From the IMG/VR virus record IMGVR_UViG_3300031539_000018, positions 1 to 64,000 of that record: a DNA stretch of 64,000 bases; one strand, written 5' to 3'. This DNA is from an uncultured virus (IMG/VR IMGVR_UViG_3300031539_000018). Lineage: Duplodnaviria; Heunggongvirae; Uroviricota; Caudoviricetes. Positions 29,926 to 39,516 of this stretch are shown in pieces. Below the pieces are notes generated by a model. It did no database searches. It was not told the DNA's origin and saw nothing but the letters and a program-made list of their open reading frames with translations. Position numbers and translations under genes: made by a program. Position 1 is the first letter of the stretch. The number at the start of each line of letters is the position of its first letter.

Positions 29926-30390
29926 TTGAATGGTGAAGGCGTCAGGAAAAAGAAGGAACTATTTGACGAAGAGCAATCAGTCAGTGATGTCTCCAATGAG
30001 GACCTGCGCTGGATGATGCTGTTCTGGCGCAAGGATTTCCAGACCGGCATCACGTCTGTTAGGGAATCCGTTGGCAGGATGGAGGCCAGCCATCAAACTG
30101 TGTCTGAGCAGGTGCAGGGGAATACCTTGGCGGTGGGTCGCATCCAGCAGGCCCACGATGATTGCCCCTTGTCTGGTCAAGAGGGACGGGACAATTTCAT
30201 GACCAATATCACAGCGACTTGCCTGGATGCAGTCAAGAAAGGCGTAGAGAAGGCTAATGGTGCCAAGAATATCTTTGGCGGCCTGAACAGGACAGAAATC
30301 ATCAATGTCCTGGTGGGGGCGATCGTTATTCTGGTAGTCGCTATTGTATACCTGGCAACCAACGGGAAGATACAGATTCCAATACCGTAG
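29926..30390 (+). CDS. membrane-anchored protein (lysis region)
   Basis: C-terminal hydrophobic helix IINVLVGAIVILVVAIVYL; SD GGAGG. Confidence 0.55.
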   Translation: MNGEGVRKKKELFDEEQSVSDVSNEDLRWMMLFWRKDFQTGITSVRESVGRMEASHQTVSEQVQGNTLAVGRIQQAHDDCPLSGQEGRDNFMTNITATCLDAVKKGVEKANGAKNIFGGLNRTEIINVLVGAIVILVVAIVYLATNGKIQIPIP

Positions 30391-30408
30391 CGGTTAAGGA
30401 GGTGCATC

Positions 30409-32124
30409 ATGACTGTCCCATGGTCCGTACCGGTGGGTGACACCGGGATCGGTTTTCACGCCAACCCTGATGCCTACGAGAAGCCTCCAAACTTCCGGGA
30501 GTTCGCGCGGGACGTCAAGGCCCACGGTGGCACTTGGTGGCTGGCATGGCTTTTCGACGAGAACAAAGCGGATTTCATACGTGTGATGCGCGAGGAGGGC
30601 ATCGAGGTCATAGCCCGGTTCGGCCCGGCGCAGATGCCCCGGCCTGGAATACAGACCGCGCACATCGATGCCTACGTTGCGGCGGGTGTTCGCTGGTTCG
30701 TGCTCATGAACGAGCTAAACCTGCGCGAGGAGTGGACTGAGGAGTGGAGCAAGTTCGAGAAGCCCGTGCGTATGTGCGCAGACCAGTTCATCCGCTATGC
30801 CGACATCATCCGGGGCAAGGGTGATGACCTGTGGGTGCTGACCCCGCCGCCTTCGTTGGGCGGGCACATGAATCACAGGGAGTGGTTTACCCGGTTCATG
30901 TACGCGCTCCAGAACATCGCAGCGGAGCGCGGGCAGACCATGGAGCAGCTTCTATGGCACTGCGGTATTGGGCTGCATTGCCGGTCTGTGGGCAACCCCC
31001 TAGAGGCAGGGCCTGACTGGTACGATTGTTCTGCAAGGGAATGGGAGTGGTTTGACGCCACGGTCAAGGCGTTCGTGGGCCACAGCCTGCCTATGGCCAA
31101 TACTGAGGCCTATGACGAAGTGCAGTGGTGCCTCCCAAAGCTGGGCAGCAACTACAACTGGGGTCTGTGGGATAGCCGGAACCTGGCGCAGATGCGGTGG
31201 TTCAACCCCGACAATCCGGGGTACCGATACCCGAACAACGTCATCTGCAATACGTTCTGGGTGCACAGCGCTCACAGGCTGAGTCCGTGGCCGCAGTGCG
31301 GCCTCGTGGGCAACTACATCCACTACCTGCAAAGGGGCGACTACACAACGGGCCTCTGGAACGCCTTGCCGGAGGCTATTAACTGGAAGAGGAGGGACGA
31401 CGTGACACCAGGACCGACGCCGGAGCCACCGGAGATCAAACTGAGGGTCTATGACGCGGAAGGGACCAAGCAGAGCCTAGAGTGGGCGCAGGGCAAGTAC
31501 GGGGTGAAACTGGAGCAGTGCAAGGGCCAGGGCTGGCACGTGGCTCAGATGTGGGAGCGCGTGAACGCAGCCGCGGGTATGGAGATGTTCTTCTACGATG
31601 ACAACGGCGCAGTGCAGGGGGTGCCCGTAGAGTTCCACTGGCCGGGCGGGTGCGACTGTGACAAGCGCACGGAGGTCGATGGCAAGGTGGGGTTTGCCTA
31701 CAATGCGTGGGTTTGGGATCCCGCGATTGGAGGCCCATACTGGATCGAGATACCCGTTGATGAGCCGAGCGATAAGCTGGGCGGTCTGGGTATGAAGGCC
31801 ATGACCTTTCACGATCACCTGGACTTTGTATGGAAGTTCGGGGTGCTGGAAGGCACAGAGCCGGAGGACCCCCTGGAGGTCATCTTGCCCTTGGCTGAGG
31901 AGAAGCTGGGGGCCATGCCTGTGCCGGGGGACTGGGCCTATCCCTCGAAGGCCAGGGAGCAAGGGTTTGGGTACCAAGTGGGGGGCTACGCGCAGGTGGA
32001 GATCGGCGGGGTGCTATGGGCGTACCAGACCTTCACCAACGATGACCAGAGCGCCTACGGCGTGGCGTATTCGCCTGAGGGTGAGTACGACAAGACAGAG
32101 TGGGCCATCATCGAGCGGAACTGA
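30409..32124 (+). CDS. glycoside hydrolase (clan GH-A-like TIM barrel) with C-terminal domains
   Basis: WFVLMNELN acid/base-like and PMANTEA nucleophile-like motifs; PGPTPEPP linker. Confidence 0.65.
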   Translation: MTVPWSVPVGDTGIGFHANPDAYEKPPNFREFARDVKAHGGTWWLAWLFDENKADFIRVMREEGIEVIARFGPAQMPRPGIQTAHIDAYVAAGVRWFVLMNELNLREEWTEEWSKFEKPVRMCADQFIRYADIIRGKGDDLWVLTPPPSLGGHMNHREWFTRFMYALQNIAAERGQTMEQLLWHCGIGLHCRSVGNPLEAGPDWYDCSAREWEWFDATVKAFVGHSLPMANTEAYDEVQWCLPKLGSNYNWGLWDSRNLAQMRWFNPDNPGYRYPNNVICNTFWVHSAHRLSPWPQCGLVGNYIHYLQRGDYTTGLWNALPEAINWKRRDDVTPGPTPEPPEIKLRVYDAEGTKQSLEWAQGKYGVKLEQCKGQGWHVAQMWERVNAAAGMEMFFYDDNGAVQGVPVEFHWPGGCDCDKRTEVDGKVGFAYNAWVWDPAIGGPYWIEIPVDEPSDKLGGLGMKAMTFHDHLDFVWKFGVLEGTEPEDPLEVILPLAEEKLGAMPVPGDWAYPSKAREQGFGYQVGGYAQVEIGGVLWAYQTFTNDDQSAYGVAYSPEGEYDKTEWAIIERN

Positions 32125-32231
32125 GTTGAAATCAGCGGCCCCCTATGTATACTTCTTAGTTCTAAGAGTATTAACTAACTAAAGGTGTATAGTATATGAC
32201 GGACTTTTCGCGCGGACGACATGTCGTGATT

Positions 32232-32265
32232 CTTTTGCTCCCAAAACATCGTGCCGGGGTATAAT
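32232..32265 (+). promoter_or_regulatory. phage-specific promoter motif
   Basis: CTTTTGCTCCCAAAAC; TATAAT at 32260-32265. Confidence 0.6.
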
Positions 32266-32280
32266 GAGGTAAACAGGTGT

Positions 32281-32484
32281 ATGGATATGGCTCGTTACTT
32301 CATGGCAGGGGGTAAACTCGTTATAGCAGTAGCGCGTGACGACAATGACGCGCAGGTCCTTGAGCGTGAGGGCTACGTTGAATGCACGCAAGAGGAGTAT
32401 GAGCGGCTGCTGGCGGTGCTCCAGGCTAATGAGAAGGGCACCGTTGAGATAGTGGGTGAGATACGCGACATCCACGGGGATTGA
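32281..32484 (+). CDS. hypothetical protein
   Basis: Short ORF downstream of the promoter motif. Confidence 0.5.
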   Translation: MDMARYFMAGGKLVIAVARDDNDAQVLEREGYVECTQEEYERLLAVLQANEKGTVEIVGEIRDIHGD

Positions 32485-32487
32485 CCT

Positions 32488-33033
32488 ATGGGCGCTCTGA
32501 CGGACATCTTGATAGCGGGCGGTGTGCACCTGAAGGACAAGCGGGCTACGCTCCCGGTGAACCCGAAGCAGAAGTGGCCCTATCGGGAGCTTCCGGATGT
32601 CAAGGGAGGCATTATTCATCATACCGTCGGCAAGTCCTGGTACACATCGAAGGCTATCGCCCTGATGCACATTGGTCTTGGCTGGCCGGGCATGGCCTAT
32701 ACGTTCTACATTCACGAGGAAGGCCCGCAGTACGGCTCACCTATCGTGACGGACTTCGACCACCGGTTGTGTGATTGGGGTCCGCAGGCAGGCGCAGGGC
32801 CGCATTCCGTCAATGCGGAGACCTTCGGGGTGGCGCTGGGAGGAAACTTCGTGCGGGTTGCGCCTGCGCCGGAGATGATCGTGGAGCTGGTTCATCTGAT
32901 GTGCGGGTTGCAGATATTCTTCGTTCAGGAGGTCGGACATTCATTGTACGTCAAGCCGCACTTCCAGGTGGGCAAGACGCAGTGTCCAGGGTTGGCCTGG
33001 GCATCATACCTCGCGGCCATAGGCTGCGTGTAG
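32488..33033 (+). CDS. endolysin, N-acetylmuramoyl-L-alanine amidase (Amidase_2)
   Basis: GIIHHT...MAYTFYI...GVALGGNF...PH...TQCPG Zn-amidase motifs. Confidence 0.85.
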   Translation: MGALTDILIAGGVHLKDKRATLPVNPKQKWPYRELPDVKGGIIHHTVGKSWYTSKAIALMHIGLGWPGMAYTFYIHEEGPQYGSPIVTDFDHRLCDWGPQAGAGPHSVNAETFGVALGGNFVRVAPAPEMIVELVHLMCGLQIFFVQEVGHSLYVKPHFQVGKTQCPGLAWASYLAAIGCV

Positions 33034-33043
33034 GGAGGAAGAC

Positions 33044-33409
33044 ATGATAGAGTTTGCGGGGCTGCTCAGGAACCCAGTAGTGCTAGGTGCTGTCGCGATG
33101 GCACTGGTGTGGCTCCTGCGCAAGTTGCAGTGGTCTGACGGCGTGTATCTTGTAGCGATAAACGGCCCGAAGGCTATCTGGCTAACCTATATTGTGGCCC
33201 TGTGTATCGCTGTCGGGGAGAAGCTACTCCTGGAGGGCTTCCCCGTCGTGGTCACCTGCGGATTGGTGCCCACTGAGCCGCCCGCTTTCGTGGTCTGCGT
33301 GTTCCAGATCATTGAGAACGTCTTGGCCTGGTCTGGTGTTGTGTTTGCGGCGGCGACGGTGATATACAAGATTCTGCGCAGCAAGATGCTGCTCGGTGAG
33401 CGCATCTGA
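33044..33409 (+). CDS. putative holin
   Basis: Small, about three hydrophobic helices, charged C-terminus, next to the amidase. Confidence 0.6.
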   Translation: MIEFAGLLRNPVVLGAVAMALVWLLRKLQWSDGVYLVAINGPKAIWLTYIVALCIAVGEKLLLEGFPVVVTCGLVPTEPPAFVVCVFQIIENVLAWSGVVFAAATVIYKILRSKMLLGERI

Positions 33410-33472
33410 CCTTGATGTGTGTTGGGGCGGGGTCGGCATCGGTCTTTTGCGCAAAAGGATGAGTCCCACGTT

Positions 33473-33506
33473 CTTTTGCTAGCAAAGGTTTGAGTCCGGC
33501 TATACT
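33473..33506 (+). promoter_or_regulatory. phage-specific promoter motif heading the glycan cluster
   Basis: CTTTTGCTAGCAAAGG; TATACT at 33501-33506; perfect palindrome CTTTTGCGCAAAAG 29 bp upstream. Confidence 0.6.
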
Positions 33507-33566
33507 GAGGGCGGTGGTATATGCTGGCACGGCCCCGCTCCCCTTAGAGCTTTCCCGGAGGATGCG

Positions 33567-34601
33567 ATGTCTTACTGGAAGAATCGCCGTGTAATCGTGA
33601 CTGGCGGCGCTGGATTTCTCGGTTCCCACTTGGTTGATGCCCTGCGCCTTCTGGATTGCAAGCCGTTTGTGCCCCGTTCGGAGCAGTACGATCTGACGAC
33701 GGTTGATGGCGTGTGTGCTATGTTTGGGGATGCGATGACGCTGTGGGGCGAGCAAGGCTGTGAGACGCTGTTTCACCTGGCTGCGACCTGTGGGGGCATC
33801 GGCCTCAATCGCAAGCAGCCCGCTACGATGTGGCGGGATAATCTGCTGATGGGTTCAAACCTGCTGGATGCGGCCCACTTCTTCGATGTGAGTAAGTTCG
33901 TGGGTGTGGGTACGGTGTGCTCGTACCCGAAGCACTGCCCGACGCCGTTCTCGGAGCGGTCCTTTTGGGACGGTTACCCTGAGGAGACCAACGCACCCTA
34001 CGGCCTGGCCAAGAAGATGCTGCTGGTGGGCTTGCAGGCTTATGGGGCGCAGTTCGGCTTGCCGTGGGTGTACGTGGTGCCCACGAACCTCTATGGGCCG
34101 CGGGACCACTTCGACCCTGAAAGCTCCCACGTCATCCCGGCGATGATCCGCAAGTTCCTGGAGGCTAAGAGGGCGGGCGATCATGTGGTGTCGTTATGGG
34201 GTACGGGCAAACCGACGCGCGACTTCCTGTACGTGGGGGATTGTGTGAGGGCGCTCCTGTCAGCGGGGGAGCTGCTGGTGTCCGGTCCCTACAACGTGGG
34301 CTCAGGCCGTGAGGTCAGTATTGTGGACCTGGCTCATGTGGTGGCTAAGGCCGTGAACTACCAGGGCGATGTCAGCTTTGACGCCTCTATGCCCGATGGC
34401 CAGCCCAGGCGCGTGTTGGATAGTTCCAAGTTTGCGAAACTTACGGGGTGGCAGCCGGAGGTATCTCTGGAGGAGGGCCTGGACCGTATAGTGAAGTGGT
34501 ATGACATGGTCCAGCGCCTTGAGGATGACGAACGGGATATGACCACCAGTTGTATTGCCAAGGGGCAGCGCGCCCCTGCGGGCGCATCACCCTCGGTGTA
34601 A
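33567..34601 (+). CDS. fcl: GDP-L-fucose synthase (extended SDR)
   Basis: VTGGAGFLG, GGIGLN, GTVCSYPK, TNAPYGLAKK, NLYGPRD, SHVIPAMIRKF, WGTGKPTRDFLYV, PDGQPRR. Confidence 0.92.
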   Translation: MSYWKNRRVIVTGGAGFLGSHLVDALRLLDCKPFVPRSEQYDLTTVDGVCAMFGDAMTLWGEQGCETLFHLAATCGGIGLNRKQPATMWRDNLLMGSNLLDAAHFFDVSKFVGVGTVCSYPKHCPTPFSERSFWDGYPEETNAPYGLAKKMLLVGLQAYGAQFGLPWVYVVPTNLYGPRDHFDPESSHVIPAMIRKFLEAKRAGDHVVSLWGTGKPTRDFLYVGDCVRALLSAGELLVSGPYNVGSGREVSIVDLAHVVAKAVNYQGDVSFDASMPDGQPRRVLDSSKFAKLTGWQPEVSLEEGLDRIVKWYDMVQRLEDDERDMTTSCIAKGQRAPAGASPSV

Positions 34602-34626
34602 GCAAAAACATAGAAGGAGACAAGGC

Positions 34627-35295
34627 ATGAATGAGATTGCCGTATTTCAGATGGGGAAGTGTGGCTCGTCTACGGTCATCGAGTTGGCGCGGAAGTTGGG
34701 TATACACGCCTCGCGGGCGTACCATCCGATGAACCCGGTGCAGGCGCAGTACCCCAATGTCATCAGCATGGTCCGGGAGCCGGTGATCCGGAACGTCTCG
34801 GCATTCTTTTACGAAATGGCGGGCACCCTAGCGGTGACCGGCGAGGGGTACAGCCAGGTACTCCTTGACGAGTTCCTGATGTCCTGGGACAAGCACGACG
34901 TGCCGTTGACGTGGTTCTCTGAGCTGTTTCAGCCGGAGACCGGTATCAACGTCTATGCGGAGAAGTTTAACCGCAAGCGGGGCTGGTCCATCTACGAGAG
35001 CGGCGGTAGGCGCGTCCTGGTCATCAGGGCTGAGGCCCTGACGGGTAGCCTAGTGGCGGCCTTCGAGGCCTTGCTGGAGATGGACCTGGGAGTTAAGGAC
35101 GGCTTCGAGGTTGAGCACCGGGCCAGTGATGCCGAGCGGCCACACGGCGTGGGCGACCTGTACAAGGCGTTTGTGCAGCAGGCCGTGATGCCTGAGGCGT
35201 ATCTGGACCGCATGTATGGGAGCCGATACGCCAAACACTTCTACTATGCGAAGGAGCTTGATGCCTTCCGTGGATTCTGGAGTGCACCAAGATGA
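34627..35295 (+). CDS. capsular polysaccharide synthesis family (NKWYS/sulfotransferase-like) protein
   Basis: FQMGKCGSST, ISMVREPVIRNVSAFF, YLDRMYGSRYAKHFY. Confidence 0.75.
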   Translation: MNEIAVFQMGKCGSSTVIELARKLGIHASRAYHPMNPVQAQYPNVISMVREPVIRNVSAFFYEMAGTLAVTGEGYSQVLLDEFLMSWDKHDVPLTWFSELFQPETGINVYAEKFNRKRGWSIYESGGRRVLVIRAEALTGSLVAAFEALLEMDLGVKDGFEVEHRASDAERPHGVGDLYKAFVQQAVMPEAYLDRMYGSRYAKHFYYAKELDAFRGFWSAPR

Positions 35296-36011
35296 GGGTG
35301 TTCGTGACTACCAATGACCGGCACCTGTGGATTCTGCCGGCCTTTGCGCACCTGTTCAATCGCTACTGGAGCGAGCTGCAGCCTGTGGTGGTGGCGGGGT
35401 ACTCACAGCCGAACTTCGAGCTGCCCCCCAACTTCACATTCCACCAGATTGCCCCGCAGAACTACCCCGTGGAGAGGTGGTCTGATGGCGTGATTGAGTT
35501 CCTGCGGTCCATGGATGATGAGCTGTTCATCTGGATGCTGGAGGATATGTTGCTTCTGCGTACCGTGGACGTGCGGGCCATAGGGACCCTGGCGGAGTAC
35601 ATGATGATACACCACGAGGTCATCAGGATGGACCTCACCACGGATCGGCTCTATGCGGGGGCCTCACCGGGCCAGAGGCCCGATTATGAGTACTACGGGA
35701 GCATGGACCTGGTATGGTCTGAGCCGCACAGCCCGTATCACCTGAGCCTCCAGGCGGCGATTTGGAGGCGTGACTACTTATTGCACTACATGATTCCCGG
35801 TGAGACGCCCTGGAACCTGGAGATGGCGGGCACGGACCGGCTTTCGAGCACCCCGGAGGTGGTGGTCCTGGGCACGAGGCAGTTCCCTGTGCGGTACACG
35901 CTGGCACTAAAGAGCGACAAGCCTACGGAGCCGAGCATCACCGGGATGAGGGACGAGGACTATCGGGAACTGGTGGAGCGCGGCTGGTTGCCGGAGGGGT
36001 GTTTGACATGA
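35292..36011 (+). CDS. putative GT-A glycosyltransferase
   Basis: WMLEDMLL, SLQAAIWRRDYL, PWNLE pattern. Confidence 0.6.
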   Translation: MRVFVTTNDRHLWILPAFAHLFNRYWSELQPVVVAGYSQPNFELPPNFTFHQIAPQNYPVERWSDGVIEFLRSMDDELFIWMLEDMLLLRTVDVRAIGTLAEYMMIHHEVIRMDLTTDRLYAGASPGQRPDYEYYGSMDLVWSEPHSPYHLSLQAAIWRRDYLLHYMIPGETPWNLEMAGTDRLSSTPEVVVLGTRQFPVRYTLALKSDKPTEPSITGMRDEDYRELVERGWLPEGCLT

Positions 36012-36148
36012 AGGGCTGCGGCCAGAAGATAGGGCCATACGATTGCTGCACCATCGTTACAAGTGATGCCAAGGAGGTCGCTGCGGAGATTGAGAGTTTG
36101 GGATTGGTCTACTGTCAAGTACCGAGTGCCTTTGTAGGCGAAATCTGA
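36008..36148 (+). pseudogene. relic 5' fragment of a DNA methyltransferase paralog
   Basis: MKGCGQKIGPYDCCTIVTSDAKE matches the start of 49027..49770 (DGCGRFIGPYPCCTIITGDAKE), then diverges and stops at 46 aa. Confidence 0.7.
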
Positions 36149-36174
36149 GGCGAAATCTGAATGGAGGTTAGGAA

Positions 36175-36465
36175 ATGTCAGACGAAGTAAGAAAAGCGAC
36201 AGTGAAAGAGCAAGCGCGAGATGCGTTGCGCATCGGTACCGTCTTTGAGTTGGAATGCGCACTGAGGCGGGCGCTGGTAGAGCTACCGGGCGAAGGCAAG
36301 GTGAGCAACCAGGGACCCTGTTGCGTTGTTGGTTGCGAGAAGGAAGCCGAATGGATGATCGAGATACATCCTTACAAGCAAGACGATTTTACGACGGCCT
36401 GCACAGGACATGTGGGCGAATTACTGACTGATGCGCCGGAACATATCGTCCATAGGCCCGAGTAG
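36175..36465 (+). CDS. hypothetical protein
   Basis: SD GGAGG; CCVVGC...CTGH possible Zn site. Confidence 0.5.
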   Translation: MSDEVRKATVKEQARDALRIGTVFELECALRRALVELPGEGKVSNQGPCCVVGCEKEAEWMIEIHPYKQDDFTTACTGHVGELLTDAPEHIVHRPE

Positions 36466-36611
36466 TAGGGGGATTCAAAACCCCTAGTTCCTACTAAAAG
36501 GCACTCGGCAGAGGCCTGAACCATGTGCGGTGTCATAGATATCCTGATGTGTGAGCACAGGAGGTATTGGCAAAAGCGCCTGGGCCGCTGGCTGCCGGAG
36601 GGGTGTTTGAC

Positions 36612-36905
36612 GTGATGCGCAGGCTAGCCAGTTCAATGAGGGCTTGGTATGAGTATCATCATCCCCGTACCTTTGAGGATGTTGCTCCAGTCAATTGTTT
36701 TAATAGGCCGTACCTGAGCTATACCTGGGATGGTGATGTGATGTTTTGGCGGAGGCATACCTATATGGTAGAGTGGAGGCTTTGGTACGCTAATTGCATG
36801 AAGGGGCCGGTGCCCCTTTTTGAGAATAGGCGTTACTGGCAGGAGCGGCTAGGGCGGTGGCTAGCAGTTCCGTGGGCTAATAAGAGGAGAATAAGTAATG
36901 ACTGA
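36612..36905 (+). CDS. hypothetical protein
   Basis: Start after the duplicated junction carrying SD GGAGG. Confidence 0.45.
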   Translation: MMRRLASSMRAWYEYHHPRTFEDVAPVNCFNRPYLSYTWDGDVMFWRRHTYMVEWRLWYANCMKGPVPLFENRRYWQERLGRWLAVPWANKRRISND

Positions 36906-37167
36906 TGAAATGAGTCCCCCCGTTGAAGTTCGGTTGCGTGATTTAGAAAGTCAGAAGCTGGGTGAGGCTTTAATTCTCTGGAAGGAAAGTGGATATCCTG
37001 AGAGTGGGCATACCATTAATATATTGCGTCAATGCGTTATCAACTATACGGCGGCACAAAAGCTTGTAGAGACTAAGGTTCAATCAATGAAAATAAGTGC
37101 TGAGCTAGAAGCGATACTTGCGCGCCAACGGGCCCATGATAAGCTGGGAGTAAGGCTAGGACTGTGA
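36898..37167 (+). CDS. hypothetical protein
   Basis: SD AGGAG; lower GC. Confidence 0.5.
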   Translation: MTDEMSPPVEVRLRDLESQKLGEALILWKESGYPESGHTINILRQCVINYTAAQKLVETKVQSMKISAELEAILARQRAHDKLGVRLGL

Positions 37168-38066
37168 TAACCGTCCCCCTCCGCGATGGCACCTTTCAGG
37201 GCGAGTCAATGTCCCTAAGCAGTGAGAACGCTGACGAGGCCCCGAAGTCCTTGCGCTGGCGCCACGTGCCGGATATTCCGGATGACGTGCCTGTGATGGT
37301 GTTCACGGATATGTGCCTGGATGAGGTTCTGCTGAGCCGGGCACCCACGAACATCGCCATCCTCATCGAGCCACCCGCACTCACTGCCACGCACTATGAG
37401 CAGGCCGTGATGCTGGAGGACCGTTTTGATGCCATATTCACCTACAGTCTGGAGCACCTACGGCGCGGGGGTCCGTGGCGGTTCTATCCCTATGGCGGTT
37501 CGAGGATCCGCGAGTGGGGCGTGTTTGACAAGAGCGCGGACGTGAGCATCATCGTATCGGTCAAGGCGGTCACGGAGGGCCACCGGCTGAGGCATGAGAT
37601 CGTCAAGCAGTTCGGTGAGTGCCTGTCTGTGTTTGGGGAGCCCTATACCGAGTACCTGGACCCTAAGCCGCCGGGGCTGAGGCCCTTCCGCTATTCCGTC
37701 GTCATCGAGTCCGGGCGTTCTGACTACTATTTCACGGAGAAGCTGATTGACTGCTTCTCGCAGGGCACGGTGCCGATCTATTGGGGGTGCCCTGGCATTG
37801 ATGGATTCTTCGACGAAGATGGAATTATCAGCTTTGAGACCCCGGACGACCTGGCATACATCCTGGCGTCCATCTCGGAGCAGGACTATTACGACCGTTT
37901 GCCTGCGATTTGCAGGAACCTGGAGCTGGCGCGCGGGTTCCGGTGTGCTGAGGACCATCTGGCGGCGGAGTACGGCTGGCTCTTCGAGGATAGTGAGGAG
38001 GCGGCCATGATGCGTGCACAGCGCAAAGAGCAATGGGGGGCTTTGTGTGAGAACCAACCTCACTGA
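37164..38066 (+). CDS. GT10-family (alpha-1,3-fucosyltransferase-like) glycosyltransferase
   Basis: FRYSVVIES...YFTEKLIDCFSQGTVPIYWG GT10 motif. Confidence 0.85.
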   Translation: MITVPLRDGTFQGESMSLSSENADEAPKSLRWRHVPDIPDDVPVMVFTDMCLDEVLLSRAPTNIAILIEPPALTATHYEQAVMLEDRFDAIFTYSLEHLRRGGPWRFYPYGGSRIREWGVFDKSADVSIIVSVKAVTEGHRLRHEIVKQFGECLSVFGEPYTEYLDPKPPGLRPFRYSVVIESGRSDYYFTEKLIDCFSQGTVPIYWGCPGIDGFFDEDGIISFETPDDLAYILASISEQDYYDRLPAICRNLELARGFRCAEDHLAAEYGWLFEDSEEAAMMRAQRKEQWGALCENQPH

Positions 38067-38093
38067 CAAACGACTATTCTTGGAGGTATTCAC

Positions 38094-38366
38094 ATGACGA
38101 AGATACCAGAACCGATGAGTGACGATGGCAAGAGGCGCGGTGATTGCTACCTGCATTTCAGCTTCATTCCGGACCCGGATCCTGACTGCTGTGAGTTATG
38201 TCACAAGAGAAAAATGAAGAGTCATCGGCTGGCGAAGGTGGAGTTCTGGACGGGTATGGATGAGGAAACTGGACTGTGTGAGGTTTGTGGACCAGTAGCA
38301 GAGAGGCTTCGTGGCCTGGGTTACGTATTTCAGGATGAAGGAAGTTGCCTCACGGCACCACTATGA
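38094..38366 (+). CDS. hypothetical Zn-finger protein
   Basis: CELC...CEVC; SD GGAGGT. Confidence 0.5.
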   Translation: MTKIPEPMSDDGKRRGDCYLHFSFIPDPDPDCCELCHKRKMKSHRLAKVEFWTGMDEETGLCEVCGPVAERLRGLGYVFQDEGSCLTAPL

Positions 38367-38399
38367 GAACTGATCTAACTGATAGGAGGTACTTCTGAC

Positions 38400-38807
38400 G
38401 TGCTAAAGATTATCTATGATAATGGTCATGTAAGGATTGATGAACAGGAGAATTTGTACTGGCATGGCCCGACGCTTGGCCAAGAAGGCGGAACATGGTG
38501 GAGACAATGGTACTCGCACCCCGACATTTTCATTAAGGGTTCTGGCCCGTGTCGGTGTTACATACATTGGGTCGAAATCAAGACAGGTAAGCACATCGTC
38601 TTGGCTTACGATTTGGCTGCCCAGAGGGAGCAACCTTTAGTAATGTCTTCGGCGCATGGGTGTCAACTGGTAGCCTTTGACGAATTGCTTTTTCCAGAAG
38701 GTTCACTATTGAATGTCAATGATAGGGAGGTCAGGGATATAGGATATAATGGCCCGCATCTGAAGGAGCCGCCGGAGTGGTTCAATGCAGACGACTTTAC
38801 TGGATAG
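38400..38807 (+). CDS. hypothetical protein
   Basis: SD AGGAGGT; lower GC. Confidence 0.5.
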   Translation: MLKIIYDNGHVRIDEQENLYWHGPTLGQEGGTWWRQWYSHPDIFIKGSGPCRCYIHWVEIKTGKHIVLAYDLAAQREQPLVMSSAHGCQLVAFDELLFPEGSLLNVNDREVRDIGYNGPHLKEPPEWFNADDFTG

Positions 38808-39516
38808 TGATAAGCGCCTATTCTTCATCATCGGCCCGCCCCGGTCTGGTACGACCATCGTAGCCAGCGTGTTCAACTCCCTAGAGGATGGGTTCTGCCT
38901 TGGGGAACCGCACTGGCTCCACGAGGCCGAGAAAGGCGAGGCGGACGCGCAGACTTACGGGAAGGTAGAACAGTGGCGCAGGCCTGTGGATGATTATCAG
39001 CTCATCATGCAGGTCAACGTGATACCGATTCTAAACCGGGGGCCGTTTCACGTTGGGGGCTACAAGGAGACCTGGCAATACTTCCGTCATACCTGCGAGC
39101 CGCTGTTGGCGGCGCACGTTCCGTTGGTGGACTTCTTCGTGGTGGTGCTGAGGGACCCGAGGCTGGCCTTGGCCTCACAGCGGGCCTTGGGCTGGCAACA
39201 CCTGAGGCCCAGGGATACCAGCAAGGACTATCTGCGGTTGGGCGAACTGGCGCAGCACCCAAAGGCTGTGCTGGTGATCCTGGAGGACTTCGTGGTGGAC
39301 CCGCTGGGGTATCTGAATACGAGGCTCCCCTTCCAGATTGAGGGGCCTTTGGAGCTGCAACCTACAGGGCACAGGTTTGGGGATACGGTTGCCAATGAGA
39401 GTGAAACGGTGAACGCGGATGCGCCGGGGCAGAGGGTTATGGACCTGAATGAGAAATGGGTCCGGGCACTGGCCCCGGCTATGGGGGTATGGGAGCGATG
39501 GAAGAGCAAGACCTGA
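38785..39516 (+). CDS. sulfotransferase
   Basis: FFIIGPPRSGTT 5'-PSB loop; LRDPRLALAS 3'-PB motif. Confidence 0.85.
   Translation: MQTTLLDSDKRLFFIIGPPRSGTTIVASVFNSLEDGFCLGEPHWLHEAEKGEADAQTYGKVEQWRRPVDDYQLIMQVNVIPILNRGPFHVGGYKETWQYFRHTCEPLLAAHVPLVDFFVVVLRDPRLALASQRALGWQHLRPRDTSKDYLRLGELAQHPKAVLVILEDFVVDPLGYLNTRLPFQIEGPLELQPTGHRFGDTVANESETVNADAPGQRVMDLNEKWVRALAPAMGVWERWKSKT

Noticed and set aside
36523..36545. MCGVI start suggesting an Ntn amidotransferase relic
   Set aside because: Only a few residues match, with nothing downstream to support it.
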